Positions 1 through 13,864 are shown, counted from the stretch's first letter. The stretch: 64,000 bases of DNA from the human T2T-CHM13v2.0 reference genome, Homo sapiens (GCF_009914755.1 NC_060944.1), one strand, 5' to 3'. The notes: generated from the sequence alone by a model not told the origin. A program made the numbers and translations.

Positions 1-739
1 CTCATCCTTCCAAAAAATGGTTTTTGTTCATACTTGGAGGAGGGTGTGGATATGTCAGGCCATGGTTTAACAGACCTGGTGTTTTAACCTAATCTTTTAT
101 AGTTCTTGAGCAGAAAATCTGCATGGCAAAAATTTCAAGGGGCTGCAAACATTTTCAGGAGAAGAGAAAAATGTTGGCACATCAGAACTCCTCTTAGAAC
201 ATAAATATACATGTTTTCATGGGGAGAGATTGTTTAGGGTAAAATTAAGAGAGACTTTTTTTACCCTATCAGCCCAAGGAGACCTGTATAAGACAAGGAG
301 GAGGATTTGATGCTTAGTGGAGAGAAGTGGGATGGGTAAGGAAGCAGATGGAATAGAATTCCAAGAGTGGTAGAGTGGGCCCCTCATTGTGATAAACTCC
401 ACTTCATTGTGAGTGAATTTACTAAATCTACAGAGTGCCACATAGCACGGTTTTCCAGGGAAAGGGACTGAGTTTAAAGTCCAGTTGAACCAAAGCTGGG
501 TGAGTCCTTAATTTCAGGGGCCTATATAGCAATAATAACTACCAAATAAAGGTAATTTTTCCTAGGCAGGTGATGGAGACTAGGGCAAGCAGATGGCTGC
601 AAAATTAACAGAAGTTCTTTTATTTTTTTAAATCTTGAAACAGAAAATTCAGAATCATTAGAAAATATGAAATCAAATTAACATCACCTAGAAAGGAGCT
701 GTGATCTGAAGTACACGTGACTTAACAGTCATTCAGCAC

Positions 740-965
740 TGAGTGGTGACCACATTTAATAATAATATATTGTGCATTTCAAAATTGCTGAAAGAATAGA
801 TTTTTTTAATGTTCTCACTATACAAAAAAAGTTAAGTTGGTGAGGTGATGGATATGTTCATTAGTTTGACTAAGTCTTTCTATAACACATGCATAGATCA
901 AAATATCACACTACACCCTCTAAATACACACAATTAATATTTGTCAATTAAAAGTAAATAAACAA
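740..965 (+). mobile_element. Old L1 (L1MA-type) 3' end fragment
   Basis: Typical L1MA 3'UTR (aataatatattgtgcatttcaaaattgctg ... gtgaggtgatggatatgtt) ending in an A-rich tail. Confidence 0.75.
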
Positions 966-1686
966 ACAAGCCCCTGCTTTCCCAAGAAAAGGCACATGTC
1001 AGGAGATGGCTGGCAGAGGCAGGTTCTCACCCCCGGCCTTGCCAAAAGTCTGGTGCCAGAAAGCTCACTAATGAGAAAGAGGAAATTTCAGTGTTTATTA
1101 CAGAGCTAAAAGTCAATTTTAGAACTATAAAATACGACTTTAATAAATTAATACATAAACCATCAGCTCCGAAGCCCAGTAATTTGTATTTAGCCCATAG
1201 AATCATATGTACAGGACCAGAGCTCCAGGTCTGGTGAATTTTAAAACCCATTTTGCTAGTGTCATTGGATTTTCTGATAGGCCTCCTTTTCTTGCCACTG
1301 TACTTATGTGTATATGTGCAAGTATGTTTTGAATCTGAGAGTCTTGTGGGTGCTTGTCCCTATGTGGGCACTCTGCAGTGTTTGTGGCCAAGTGAGTAAC
1401 CATTAGTGACGGTGTGTGTATAACATCTCTCTCCAAACTGCTGCTCTCAGCCAAGGAAATGCAATGAGGCTGTAGTAGCCAATAAGGTGCAAATCAGAAA
1501 ATTCTCCCAGATGAGGCTACTTATCCAAGGGAGGGCATGGAGGTTACTGAGTACAGGCTTAACAACACTGGCTATTTCTTTTAAAAAGGCTTCCTTCCTC
1601 CTTCCCCTTTGTCTCTTTTTCCCTCTTTTCCTTTTTCCCTCCCTCCCTTCCTCCCTTCCTTCCACTGAGGCCCACTACAAGCCTGA

Positions 1687-2059
1687 TGGCATGGTTTGGC
1701 TCTGTGTCCCCACCCAAATCACATCTTGAATTGTAATCCCCATAATCCCTACATGTTGAGAGACGAACGTGGTGGGAGGTGATTGGATCATGGGGGTGGT
1801 TTTCCCCATACTGTTCTTGTGATACTGAATGAGTTATCACAAGATCTGATGGTTTTATAAGTGTTTGACAGTTCCTCCTTCACAGGCTCTCTCTTGCCTT
1901 CCACCATGTAAGATGTGCCTGCTTCCCTTTCTGCCATGATTGTAAGTTTCCTGAGGCCTCCCCAGCCATGTGGAAGTGTGAGTCAATTAAACCTCTTTTC
2001 TTTATAAATTACCCAGTCTTGGGAAGTTCTTTATAGCAGTATGAGAACAGACTAATATA
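1687..2059 (+). mobile_element. THE1D/MSTA-type MaLR solo LTR
   Basis: Starts tggcatggtttggctctgtgtccccacccaaat, ends gagaacagactaatata. Exact 5-bp TSD CCTGA at 1682-1686 and 2060-2064. Confidence 0.9.
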
Positions 2060-2741
2060 CCTGACATGATGATACATATATGTTCTCTAATTTCATCTGC
2101 AGAAGGTCCTATCATACCTAATATCCTCTCCATTCTACAGATGAGGGAACTGTGATTCTGAATGATGACAGGATACAGCTAACATTACACAACTAGGAAG
2201 AAGATTCTCAGAAAGTGCAAGCTATTTTCCCTAAAGGCAAAGCAGAGCTTAGAGCCAGAGGACCTGGGATGGATCATGGGGACTTGAATTTACCAGTAGT
2301 GCTTCCTACGCTGGAAGATAGGACATGTTGCCACCTAATAGAGGGAGCTACTGCACAGATCTCATGCCTCTCATAGGGTGTGAACATAGGGGGTACTCCA
2401 GAAATGTCCTTTCCCCCCATGCCTCATCCAAAAGCATGGCAAATGGTATGACTGTCCCTGTACTCAGTCAATTTTCTTGTTCATTGTACTTCAACCTGTG
2501 GCCCCATCCTGTACCCATTTGTGTCTGGTCCTATATATGGGGTTTCTAATTGAAACCTTAAAGGCTCACTGACCGTGCCCATGAGCTTTTAGAGATACTT
2601 TATGTCTACAGTCAATGATACAGTGGTGACAGTCTAGGGAGTAGGGTATCTGGGATCTGCTCTCAGCTTTGCCAATAATTTGTTACGTGTTCTTGGACTT
2701 CACTATGCAACTCTGGACATCATCAGCTTTATCATGTACAT

Positions 2742-2957
2742 CAGGGTTCAGCTATGGCCTGGAAGCCAAATCCAGCCCACCACCTGTTTTTGCACATAAA
2801 GTTTTGTTGGAACACAGCTGGGTCCATTCATTTACATATTATCTATGACTGCTTTCATGGTACAATGGCAGAATTGAGTAATTGCAATAGAAATTGTATG
2901 GCTTGTAAAGACAAAAATGTTTTCTTTCTGCCCTTAACAGAAAATGTTTGCCTTATC
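2742..2957 (+). mobile_element. MER58A (hAT-Charlie MITE) inserted in a MIR remnant
   Basis: ccaaatccagcccaccacctgtttttg...aaagttttgttggaacacagc...cagaaaatgtttgcc. MIR-like sequence lies on both sides. Confidence 0.8.
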
Positions 2958-3018
2958 TACAAAATGAGGATAAACCTAAGCCACATGTGCCAGTATGCAT
3001 TCTGTAAATGTCTATGGA

Positions 3019-3141
3019 TAGGAAGACTATATAATTTATCACTGAAACTGGGGCACACTATGAAATGGATGCTCTTAATTTCACCAGGATAATGGGAGTA
3101 AACCAGGGTTGTCCCAGCAAACTGAGATGTAGGGCCACCTG
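3019..3141 (+). mobile_element. MER94-like hAT-Blackjack MITE
   Basis: actatataatttatcactgaaactgggg...aaaccagggttgtcccagcaaactgagatgtagggccacc resembles the MER94 consensus. Confidence 0.6.
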
Positions 3142-3484
3142 TCTGCAGAATACTATCTCTATAGTCAGGTGGTCATCCAACAAAAAGAGGGCCAAGATCA
3201 AACTTAGAGGCAAGACAGGAGGTTAAACACCAATAAATGGATTTCTTTCTGACTCCTCAGAACTCCCACGTGGGTAACTGTGAGTCTCCTAGAACCGAAT
3301 ACATCACACAGCTTTTTCAAAATGCTGTGACCTCCACCACATCAGCCTTCACTACAGAGAATCTCGGGGAACACATGTTCCACAGAGCACACTCTACAAA
3401 TCATACACTGGGTATTCTTCCCAGAATGTACAAGCAAGATCTGATCCCCTTGTTCACGCAACTGTGCAGGTGGAGAATATAAGG

Positions 3485-3812
3485 CTATATGCTTAATGCA
3501 ATTCTGAAACCCCAAAAGCTCTGAAAACAACGTTCTTCACCTTAGTATTATAAAAAGTAATTTGGTGGTAAAACCTGAACACAGCCGAATGGCCTGATAC
3601 TACTTACAGTCTTTATTTATCCCATTTCTTGTGAGTGTGTGTAAGTTTTGCTGTAGAAATATTACATTTGATTACAGGGTACTGCCTCAGAGCCTACCAG
3701 GGTTGTTATAAAATACAGAAGATATGCCAATATATTACTAATATATTACTAAATTCCAAACATTGTGAATTCTGACACATATCTGACACCATCAGTTTCA
3801 GATAAAGGTTTG
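3485..3812 (-). mobile_element. MER46C-like (TcMar-Tigger) MITE
   Basis: aattctgaaaccccaaaagctctgaaaac...gtctttatttatccca...tttgattacaggg...gaattctgacacatatctg. A related copy lies in the opposite orientation at ~57165-57515. Confidence 0.65.
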
Positions 3813-4719
3813 TACTAAAACATATTACACAAAAGGAAAAGACACCGAAGTAAAGAGGCCAAAGATATATAATTTGTCTCAAAACATCTAGGATACAACA
3901 CGTCACGTTGTTAGTGACACGTGTTAAAAACAAAGGACTCTGCTTTTAGCCACTTTCATTCATAGGTTCCTGCTGTTGTAAAGAAGGGAACAGGGGCTTA
4001 ACCTCACACCAAATGACAACAGTCCACCCTGACCACCCCAAGGCCAGCTCTGTCCCACTCACCTCTGCGTTACCAATGCCTGAACTGGCCTGGCTCACGC
4101 AGGATGCAAAATGACTGACAAGCAGATGAGAATAGGGAGCGAGTGGCTGAATGATGGTGTGATGAGTTCTTCCAAGAATTTACTCTCTCTTTTTCTCTTT
4201 TCTTCTCTTTCTCACTTCCTCTTTTATTTCTGCTCTCTTCCTAACTTTCCTTACTTCCTGCCTCTGGCTCTTGGTCACCCATGGGCAGGCCAAGGAGATG
4301 AGGCTGGGGGAAAAGCAAAGGAAACGTGGTCCCAAACAAGGCTACTTAGGTCCATCTCCCAGGCTGCTTGCAGATCTCCAGGATTGCGGGAGTCACCTGT
4401 GCTGTTCGACAGTCATTGCCATTATATCTCATTATTTACTCCTTTAAGTCTCCTGACAAAGAACCCCAAAATAAAAACCTTAAGAAAACCCTCAACACAG
4501 ACCAAGGCATTACAAGAGATAGCTGCGGGATTCTCCAGCAATGGAGGATGAGAATGAGCAGAACCAGCACCTCATAAAGGCCAGGTCCCTTCTGAGAGCC
4601 CAGCCTTGGAGTTACCCCGCTTCATCTCCCCATCCACAAGTTCCAGGCGTGGCTAAGCCTTTCAAGAACTCTACTAGGGGAAATTGTGGAGCCAAGTGGT
4701 TAAGAATTATGATCTGTAC

Positions 4720-5192
4720 TAATTTGACAACCACGAGCTACTGAAGCGTGGCTAATGAGACTAGGAAACTGAACTTCTCATTTTACTTAACTTCAGTTAC
4801 CTTACATTTTAATTTAAAAACTGATACCCAATTCACTTAAGAATGTTTGGAACAACTTGTGTATATGTATCCACTTCTTCAGCTATACATTTTATGAGTC
4901 CAAATACAGATCATTATTACTAATGAAAATAAAACATTTAAATTGAGACTTACTGTAAGTGTAAAATATAGACTGAATTATAAAGATTGACAGGGAGAGA
5001 ACAGAAAACATCTCACTAATAATTGTTTAGATTGATTACATGTCCAAGTGATAGTATTTTGGATACGTTGGTTTAAGTAAAATGTATTACTAAAATTAAT
5101 TTCACTGATTTCCTTTTACTTTTTAATGTGGCTACTAAACGTTTATAAATGACATGTGTGGTTCCCATTATATTTATACTGGATTATACTAG
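4720..5192. mobile_element. Charlie1-family (MER3/MER33/MER119-related) hAT DNA element splitting a MIR
   Basis: gtggctaatgagactaggaaactgaac ... gtaagtgtaaaatatagac ... tttaatgtggctactaaa. The MIR head lies at ~4680-4715 and the MIR resumes at ~5200. Confidence 0.65.
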
Positions 5193-5199
5193 CTTAGAC

Positions 5200-5412
5200 A
5201 GTGAAATCAAACAAAACGGGTAAAAAACAAGGCACTACCTCCGTTCAAGCTTGGGTTATCACTTACCATTTCTGAGCCTTCGTTTCATCACCTATAAAAT
5301 GGGTACGTAGTACCTGCCTCAAAGGATTGTTGTGAAGATTAAACAAGGTAATGTATGTGAAACATTTTGTACTGTGCCTGGAACATGATAAACACCCAAT
5401 GAACGGTAGGTA
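5200..5412 (+). mobile_element. MIR SINE
   Basis: Core ctgagccttcgtttcatcacctataaaatggg...ggattgttgtgaagattaaac...gtgcctggaacatgataa. Confidence 0.75.
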
Positions 5413-5445
5413 TCACCATCACCACCATTACCATCATCATCACTA
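5413..5445. repeat. Imperfect (CAC/CAT)n trinucleotide repeat
   Basis: caccatcaccaccattaccatcatcatcac. Confidence 0.8.
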
Positions 5446-5846
5446 CCTCTCCCCTATTTCTGAAAGGAGTTTCAGGAAATGCATCATGAAGAAAAATAAC
5501 ATTATTCTAAAAGGAAATCACAAGCCATTGAGGATAAAATTGAAATATGTATGGCAAAAATCCAGTCTAAATATTGAGGGTAATTGAGTATTAAATTCTG
5601 ATTTCTCGTTACCAAGGCAAAAGGGAAATAAAGCTTGAATTGCCTCATTAAGGTAAACCCAACAAGCAATCTCAATAGATACATGTATTCCTAACACTAA
5701 AATCTGGAAGAACTGTACCATGGATATTAACTTGGAGAATGTCTAAGAAGCCCCCAGCCACCGGTTCATCTTCTGCTTCAGATGCTAGAGAAATTTCTCC
5801 AAAATGCAGATCTGACTGCCTCACCCTCTAACCTAAAACCTTTCAA

Positions 5847-6040
5847 CAGTGCAAGTGGAGATTAACTGCAAATGAGCACAGTGTATCTTACTAGGATGAT
5901 GAACATGTTCTGGACTGCTTTATAATGATGGTTGCACAATTCAATAGGTTTTCTTAAGTCATGGGATTGCACACTTAAAATAGGTGGATTCTGTGATATG
6001 TACATTTTACCTTAATAACATTGTTAAAAAAAAAAAAAAC
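5847..6040 (+). mobile_element. Short 5'-truncated old L1 3' end with poly(A), inserted in an L2 remnant
   Basis: L1M 3'UTR motif gatgatgaacatgttctg...gatggttgcacaa...taccttaataac followed by an A-tract. TSD-like aaaacctttcaa (5835-5846) and aaaactttcaa (6041-6051). Confidence 0.7.
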
Positions 6041-6289
6041 AAAACTTTCAATGGCCCCAGGCCAAGACAATGTGGAGAAATGTTCCTCTAAGCATGCTTT
6101 ATGGATTGGTGCCAATCTGTGCGCTGTGTGCATCAGTTCGCAAGGAGATAAGGAAGGAAAGAGAGAGAGGTTTAGGAACTGTTGCAACAATCTGTCATTG
6201 CCATGATTTTTTTTTTTTACCATGGTTTATAAGAGTATTGCTCCACAATGAGTTGAGAGGAAGTGTCCCTTCACCATGGACAGTATGAG

Positions 6290-6905
6290 CAGCACTGCTT
6301 TAAACTAAGTTCCATCCATTAGCCTGACATTCAAAGCCCCCCATGATCTGCTTGTCCCTGCAGGCTGATCTCCCTGTCTGTCCTCTTTGCAATGTACCTT
6401 AAACAACTTAGACTTTCCAAACTCTGCCATAGTCTATCATCCACCCCTGCAGCTCACTGTACACACTGTCTGTGACAACTCAAATGCCTTTCCCTCCCTC
6501 CCTTTTAAAATAAATTTGTATTCATTCTTCAAGATTCATCTTAGATGTCATCTCCTCTTACAAACCATCCTAATTGCCTTCCCCAGCAAACACCCCATTC
6601 CCCAGAGGGTGATCTTTTACGAGTTATTTCATCTCTCCGAACCTCAATCTTTTCATCCATAAAATAGGCTAGTACTAGTACCTCCCTCATCATGTCATAA
6701 GCACTGACTTTATAAAAAGGAATCAATGCCTATGTTCCTCTAGCATCTTCAGGAGCCACATGCATCCTGGTACATTGTTATTTTATCTACATATCAGTCT
6801 TTTCCTACAAATGATGAATTCAAGTGGGACAGCGGCTGTGTTAGGTCACCTCTGCAGAGCTTGGCTAGGAGGAGAAGCACAGTAAACACGAGTGAATAAA
6901 TGAAG
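6290..6905 (+). mobile_element. L2 remnants (with a small MIR piece at ~6620-6680)
   Basis: ctgacattcaaagccc...ttcattcttcaagattca...; L2-type 3' tail gtgaataaatgaa at ~6892-6904. Confidence 0.5.
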
Positions 6906-6920
6906 TCCTTTCTAGACCTA

Positions 6921-7331
<411 letters not shown>

Positions 7332-7639
7332 TCAGTCACACCCATAAACATGGTGGCCAGAGGAGTGGCCAGAGATCAAGTCACTCTAGAAGGGTCTGGG
7401 TGACCCTGCAAAAGCCACATCTCTCTGAGCCTGAGTATCCTCTTCTGTAATTGGGTATAAAAAATCTATTCAATAAGGTGGTTTTAAGAATTAAGAGATG
7501 GTAACATGTATGAAGTATTTCTACAACGTGCTACTATTGCTATTTGCAGAAAACATAGCTACTATTACTGTTTGCAGAAAACATCTCCAAGCATTCAAAA
7601 AGTTTCCTTGTAGGACGAAGTGAGCCTCTTTTGAGTTGC

Positions 7640-8152
7640 TTTGACAAATTAAATGGTTGTTTCCAATTCTTTATCCCTCCCTGGATCCATGTCCCTTGCC
7701 ACTGGCTTTGCAGTTCCTTCCAGCAGAAACAGAGGGTATGTCCCCATCCCTTGACTTTGGGCTCCACCATATGACTTGTTTTGGTCAATAGGATGCTAAC
7801 AGAATGATTCAAGCAAAGGTTAAAATGTGCTTGCCTTGCTGGGCTTGCCGTCTTGCACTACTGCTACCTTTCATGAAAAGGATGTGCCCCCAGTAGCTGC
7901 TGCCCCTTTCAGCTTGGGATCAAGAATACACACATGGAGGACACCTGACTTGAACTGATCTTAAAGAACCAAGCCATGCCACCCCTGCAGCTGGAATCAC
8001 AGCCACATGGCCCAAAAGCCCAACCTAGATCAGCCAATCTACAATCAATGCACAGTTCCATGAGAGCTAGAATAAACGCTTATTGTTGTTTGCCAGTGAG
8101 TTTCTTTTCAGTGTGTCATGCAGCTTTATTGTGACAATAGCTTATTGATAAA
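7640..8152 (+). mobile_element. MLT1H-like MaLR LTR
   Basis: cccttgactttgggctccaccatatgacttgttttggtcaatagg ... aataaacgcttattgttg ... gtgacaatagcttattgata. Confidence 0.7.
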
Positions 8153-8189
8153 GCTGCCTGGGAGGGCAGACTCATGAAAGAAACCATGA

Positions 8190-8388
8190 GGGGGTAAATT
8201 TCAGTTCAGTGTACAAATAACTTTCTAACAAGTAAAGTTGGTGCAAAATAGAATGGACTGGCCAGAGACAAAGTGAGTCCCCACCAAAGCAGGTGGCAAA
8301 ACAGAGCCTAGACAAATTAAAGAGATGATTAAGGAAATTTCACAAGCAACTGGGAGGGCTGAACTTAGAGTCTTATGATTCTATGAAA
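8190..8388 (+). mobile_element. L3/CR1-type 3' end remnant
   Basis: aactttctaacaag...aaaatagaatggactggcc..., ending tatgattctatga (CR1-like tail). Confidence 0.45.
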
Positions 8389-8991
8389 TAAACTGCATCA
8401 TGGAACACTGCAGATAAACTCAGTTGATTCTAGAAGGACAGTTTCCACCTAGAAAACCACTAAAATCTTCAATTCAAAAATAAACCTTAAGACCACTTAT
8501 CCTCAGCCAAGTTGAGCTACTTCAATAGCTAAAAGTCACCTCATTCTTTCACCCTAATACCAAAAAGACTAACAGCTCCCAGTTAATAAGTGCTGGGAAA
8601 CCCATAACTTCTTGGGATTCTAGAAGGTACCAATCAAACCCTGTCTCCTTCAGGTTCTGAGTGAATTTAAAAACAGACATGAGAGAGATAGAAAGGGAGA
8701 GACAGAGAGAGAGGAGTTCAAAACCTCCACGTTATTATTCACAAAGTAACTTGGACTTACGGCCAAATTAGACTTTCTGCATGTTTCCCCTGAACCACCA
8801 TGCAGAGCAGGCGGATGGCCATGGACCCACCCTCCAACTGTGCCCAGATCCCTAGGGCCACAGTTGTCTTACTGGGATGACCACTTAGGATAGTTGGGTG
8901 GGTTTGTACCAAAAGGTAGCCAGGTGAAAAGCACAGAGAAACCTGAACCAGTGGCTATCAGGTTTTCGCCATCCTACCAATGAGAAAAACT

Positions 8992-9316
8992 TGTGTGTAA
9001 ATATAAGGGATACAAGTGCAGCTGTGTTTCATGGATATGTTGCATAGTGGCAGAGTCCGGGCTTTTAGTTTGACTAGCAACCAAATGATGTATATTGTAT
9101 CCATTAAGTAATTTCTCATCTCTCACCCCCATCCCACCCTCCAACTCTTCCAAGCCTCCAGTGAATATCATTTCACACTCTGCGTCCATGTGTACGCATT
9201 ATTTAGCTACCACTTATAAGTGAGAACATGCCGTATTGATTTTCTGTTTTGGAGTTACTTCACTTAAGATTATTGTCTCTAGTTCCATCCATATTGCCGC
9301 AAAAGTCATGATTTCG
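8992..9316 (-). mobile_element. L1PB/L1MA 3' end fragment
   Basis: cacttataagtgagaacatg...ttcacttaag...tagttccatccatattgccgcaaaagtcatgatttc, the reverse complement of the ORF2 end and 3'UTR. Confidence 0.85.
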
Positions 9317-9979
9317 GAAAATGTAGCACCTCCTGGGGAAGGAGCCACTGGAAGTGGAACAAAGGTGCGGGTGTCTTTGCCTGGTGTTTCTGAGTAAGGC
9401 GTCCCAGTTTTATGGCCGTGCAGTAACACAAGGTAAGTGGAGCAATGTCTCTATGTCAGAGAAGTTATTGAATTATCATAAACTCGCAAGGGGGCAGCTA
9501 AAAAGGAGCAATTATAGGGGCAGAAATTGAGGCTTAGAGATGAGACCGAGCCTGCATCCATGCCCATATCTGTCCACTGGCCTACATGCCACAGGGTTCC
9601 AAAAGGTTTCCTTGGACAGGTAAGTAGCAACTCACAAGCCCCACAAAGGGTTTGTGACTGCCTCTGCCACTGAGGAGTAGCACATCTCCCAGCAGAGGCA
9701 GCAGCCTGAGAAGCAAAGTGTCTCTCTCCTCTCTGAATCCCATGATACCCGCATGCACATTTCAGCTCCTGTCCTCCTGCCAATTCACGCCACGGGCTCA
9801 TGTACCCTTGGCTCCTTACAATCCACTGTAGAGAGAGTTGGGAAGGTTTTCCTTCCACCAGTTCATGATCCCACTTCTTTCCATCCTAGCTTCGGTAGCA
9901 GGGCAGGCTCGCTGAGGAGGTAGAGATTGCCCTGTTCCATGTAGCTTCATGCACAACCCTGTAACATTGTTCTGGGCAC

Positions 9980-10480
9980 ACAGCTAGACTATGTCTTCCA
10001 GCCTCCCTTTAGCATTTGGTAGGGACATGCAACTGAGTTCTAGATAATGGGGCATGAGTATGATGTGTGCCACTTTCCAGGCCTGGTTGGTAAAAGCTGC
10101 CTCCCTCTCACCCCCACACCTCCATACTAAATGATCTTGCCTCTCAAAGACTGGTCCTTGGACCAGCCACCCCAGCATCACCTGGGAGCTTGTGAGAAAC
10201 AAGAATCTCACATCCACCCCCAGGCCTATTGAGTTTGGATCTGCAGTTTATCAGGATCCCCAGGTGATCGGCATGTACATAAAGCAGTGAGAATCATTGG
10301 CCCATTCTATTTTCCCATCTACCAGCTGAATGTCCCAGAGCTCAAGAGCCTAGGAGAGGGCAGTGCACCATAAAAGAAGCCAGGTTCCCTGAATGAGCAC
10401 AACCACACAGAAGGCTACTCACCTATTAGGAGCACTCATCTTGGATTTTAAGTAAAAAGGGAATAAACTATTATTCAGCT
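9980..10480 (+). mobile_element. MLT1J-like LTR interrupted by MER5A (~10138-10300)
   Basis: MLT1-type segment ttccagcctccctttagcatttggtagggacatgcaactgagttctag. MER5A segment ggaccagc...cagcatcacctgggagcttgtgagaaac...ccccaggtgat. Confidence 0.6.
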
Positions 10481-11974
10481 ACAAGTCCCTTTATTTAAGG
10501 CAATAAGATGTGAAACAGTAGCTACTAAGCAAAGTTGCAAAACAGGCTACCTAAGGATATCATTAAGAGCAGCAAGCCTTGGTGGTAACTTGGGAGGCAT
10601 TTGAAATAGAATAGCCTAGGCAAAGGCACAGAAGCATCCAGCAATGCTAGTGTAAGGTCTTGGGGGTGGGGGGTGGGATCCAGCGGCCATCTCTAGCCCC
10701 TTCCACATGTAGCCCACCTTATATAGGTCTGACCACACCCTCCAGAAAGGAAGGGAGCCTATCTGCGAGTTGAGCTCAAGCGCGCCACTAGAGATTGCTC
10801 AGGAGTGAAAACCCTTGTATATCATCAGCTCTGTGGGGCCCGCTTTGATCAACAGGTTGGCATAATTAATATCATCCCAGGGCTGTCAGTTTCCTGGAGA
10901 TCAAAAATGAGCCGGTCATTACGCCAAGATCAGTCAGAAACAAGAAAGAGAAAGACTGTAAATACATTCTTTTCCCTTCTCCCTTAAAAAAAAAAAATCT
11001 ACTAACGTGATAAGGAACATAAAACAGCATTAGTTTCCTCATAGTTATTATACATAGCACTGAAAATTGTGGAATTAAACCAGGAAGTACTCTCTGGCTG
11101 GCCATAAATTTTGCATTTTTCCCCTTCGTGCATAATAATGCCTTGATAAGCGCCTCGTTATTGATGTGTCTGCAACACAGATCTCCTTTTTGGAGGCAAA
11201 ATGCTTCTCCATAGCAGATGGTGGCTATTGTGTTTACACATGAGCACCTCAGGATTGCATTTCCTCACGTCGGCAGTAAAAAGAAAGTCCTAATTGAGTT
11301 TTTAATGGCTTTGCACATTGTTCATTAAGATTACATGAGTGTGCTCGGGCGACTGGCAGCTGAGGGCCTTGGGCACCAAGAGCTCAGCATGGTCCCTGCA
11401 GACAGGTGGCCCCGCCAGCTCCCAGTGCCAGCACCTACTTGAAGGGAATGGATGCTGGTGGGGCCTCAAATGCTGCCAAAAGCCAAGCAGCTGTGGTGAC
11501 ATGAAACAAGTTCTGGATCTTCAGTTAAGTAAGCTGGGTTTCACTCCAGCTTCTGGCATTTCTTAGTTGTGTGACTTTGAGCAAGTCAGTAAAATTCCCT
11601 GGGCCTCAATGCCCTCATCTATAAAATGGGATAATGAAACCTACAGATCAAAGTTGTTTGTTTTCAGTGAATATTAAGTAAAAACGGTACTTAATAAATG
11701 CTAATTTTATAACAGATAGCCAACAGCAGGTAACAGTGAGCCCAATGCCGTTTATAAAACCTTATGTTTATTGAGAACTTATTATGTGCCAGGCATTGAT
11801 CTAAGCATTGTTTAGCACCCTAATGAGGTGGTGCCATGCAATCTCTGTTTTAAAGCAAGGAATACGAAGGAACAGAGAGGTAAAGTCATTTTCTTAAAGC
11901 CACATAGCCAGAAAGTGATAAATACTCAAACCAATTATTCCTTCTTAGAAAGCAGAGACTACAGGGTCTAGGAA

Positions 11975-12174
11975 TGCACTTTCCTAACCAGTAGCTAATA
12001 ACGCCATATGCCTATTTAAAATAATTAAAATTAAGTAGAAAAAAATCATTTACTTAGAGATACTAGCCACATTTCAAGTGCCCAGTAGACATACATGACT
12101 GGTGGATACCATATTGAACAGTGCTGGTGTAGAATACATCCATTGTCACAGAAATTTCTGTTGGATAGCACTGG
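11975..12174 (-). mobile_element. MER3 hAT-Charlie MITE
   Basis: tactagccacatttcaagtgcccagtag...catattgaacagtgc...cagaaatttctgttggatagcactg. Confidence 0.8.
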
Positions 12175-13372
12175 TCTTGAAGTTGTGGATTACTTACCAA
12201 AGCATAACAAATTACATCCAAGTGAGTCACAGGAACTTAACTAACCCAACCTACTCATTTTATAAACTCCAGTAGGGAACAAGTAACTTGGCCAAGGTCA
12301 ACCAACACAATGAAGATTTAGACTCAGATTTTCCGACTCCGATTTCAGTTTCTACCGCAGACAACTCTGCCGTTCCTTGCCCGAGCTGTACAGCCACAGA
12401 AGTGGTTTCCCAGATAGCTATTTAAGAGGGAAAAGAGCATATGTTGCCTTCAGGAAGCAGAAGCATAGAAGTCCTAGGCATTCTACATGTCACATGACTT
12501 AGGAGAAGTATGTGCACACACGTTGGGCATTCCCAGCCTCAGCTTTGACAGGCAGTTCAACAACTGTTTGTTGAGGCCCAAGCCCTGGTGAGCAAGGACA
12601 ATGTAGGATGCTTCTAACAAGGGGTCCCTGGGATAAACTGGAACCCAAGATACATCTCTTCTCTCTGATGATCTTAAACAAGTCACTTAACTCTTTGACT
12701 CTCAAGTACCATCTTCTATAAAATGGTTATAAAACACATCTCATATTGTGGCCTCATGTAATCCATGAGGATTAATACAACTACTATTTATAAAGTGCGT
12801 AGATAAGTATCGCTGCATGTAGGTCCTCAAAAACAGCTTCTTTTCTATCTTTCCCATACCCCTAAAGTTTTGTTTCAGTGTAGCAGGGAGACCTTAATAG
12901 ACTGAAGAAGAAAATAGTAAGAAATCCACTGAGAGGCAGAGTAAAATCTGCTGCCCCGTCTCCACCTCCCACAATTGATAAGGCATCAAGGTCCAGGGAT
13001 GCCTCCTCCTTTTGTTTCTCTGACCATCTTCTTCCTTTCCACTCCCTTGGCACTGGCCTAATTCAGGTCCATGGCATTTGTGTCAGAAACTGTTTATTTT
13101 GCAACGACTTCCTAAGCAGTCTAGTCCTTGATTCTCTCACCATCCAATAAAACAGTACTCAGCACCATCTTTCTGAGATACAAAGCCAACCGTGACATGT
13201 TCTCGACTTCCATTGAGGTCTTCCTTTATAGGAAATTCCCCACTTCCTATAAAGCCCAAGGTCTTTCATGAGAATATGTGGAGCCTTACACATCCTGACC
13301 CCCACCCCTCCTGCCTCTTATATGAAGACTATCTCTCCCACCCTCCCCCGCAAACACAGTCCTCGGCCACTT

Positions 13373-13864
13373 TGTGGTAGACAGAATAAGGGCCTCCCAA
13401 AGATGTCCATATCCTAATATTTGAAACCTGTAATATGTTACCTTTCATGGCAAGAGAATTAAGGTTCAGATGGAATTAAGGTTATTAACCAGATAAGCTT
13501 GAGATGGGGAGATTATTCTGGATTTTCCAGCTGAGCACAATGTAATCACAAGGGTCCTTTAGGTAGACAAGGGGGCCAGGAGAGTCAGAATCACAGTTGA
13601 GGAGCTATCTGAGGAGGCTATGCTGCTTACTTTGAGATGAAAGAAGGAGCCATGAACCAAAAACTGCAGGTGGCCAGAAAAAAACTAGAAAAGGTGAGAA
13701 AACAAACTCTACCCTAGAGCCTCCAGAAAAGAATGCAGCCCTGATACCTTGAATGTACCCCAGTGTGACCCACTTAGGACTTCTGATGTCCAGATTAGAA
13801 TGTGTGGGGTTTCGGCCACTAAATTTGTGGTAATTTGTTACAGCAGCAATAGGAAACTAATACA
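13373..13864 (+). mobile_element. MLT1D solo LTR
   Basis: tgtggtagacagaataagggcctcccaaagatgtcc...gcagcaataggaaactaataca. Exact 5-bp TSD CACTT at 13368-13372 and 13865-13869; flanks are L2-like. Confidence 0.9.

Noticed and set aside
5351-5587. Poly-His ORF
   Set aside because: Produced by a (CAC/CAT)n repeat at a MIR tail.
6268-6290. REST/RE1-like core caccatggacag
   Set aside because: Lacks the TTCAGC left part and the GCGCC right end, so it is only a partial match.
10661-10678. G-quadruplex candidate gggggtggggggtggg
   Set aside because: Only three separated G-runs; a canonical four-tract motif would need a zero-length loop.
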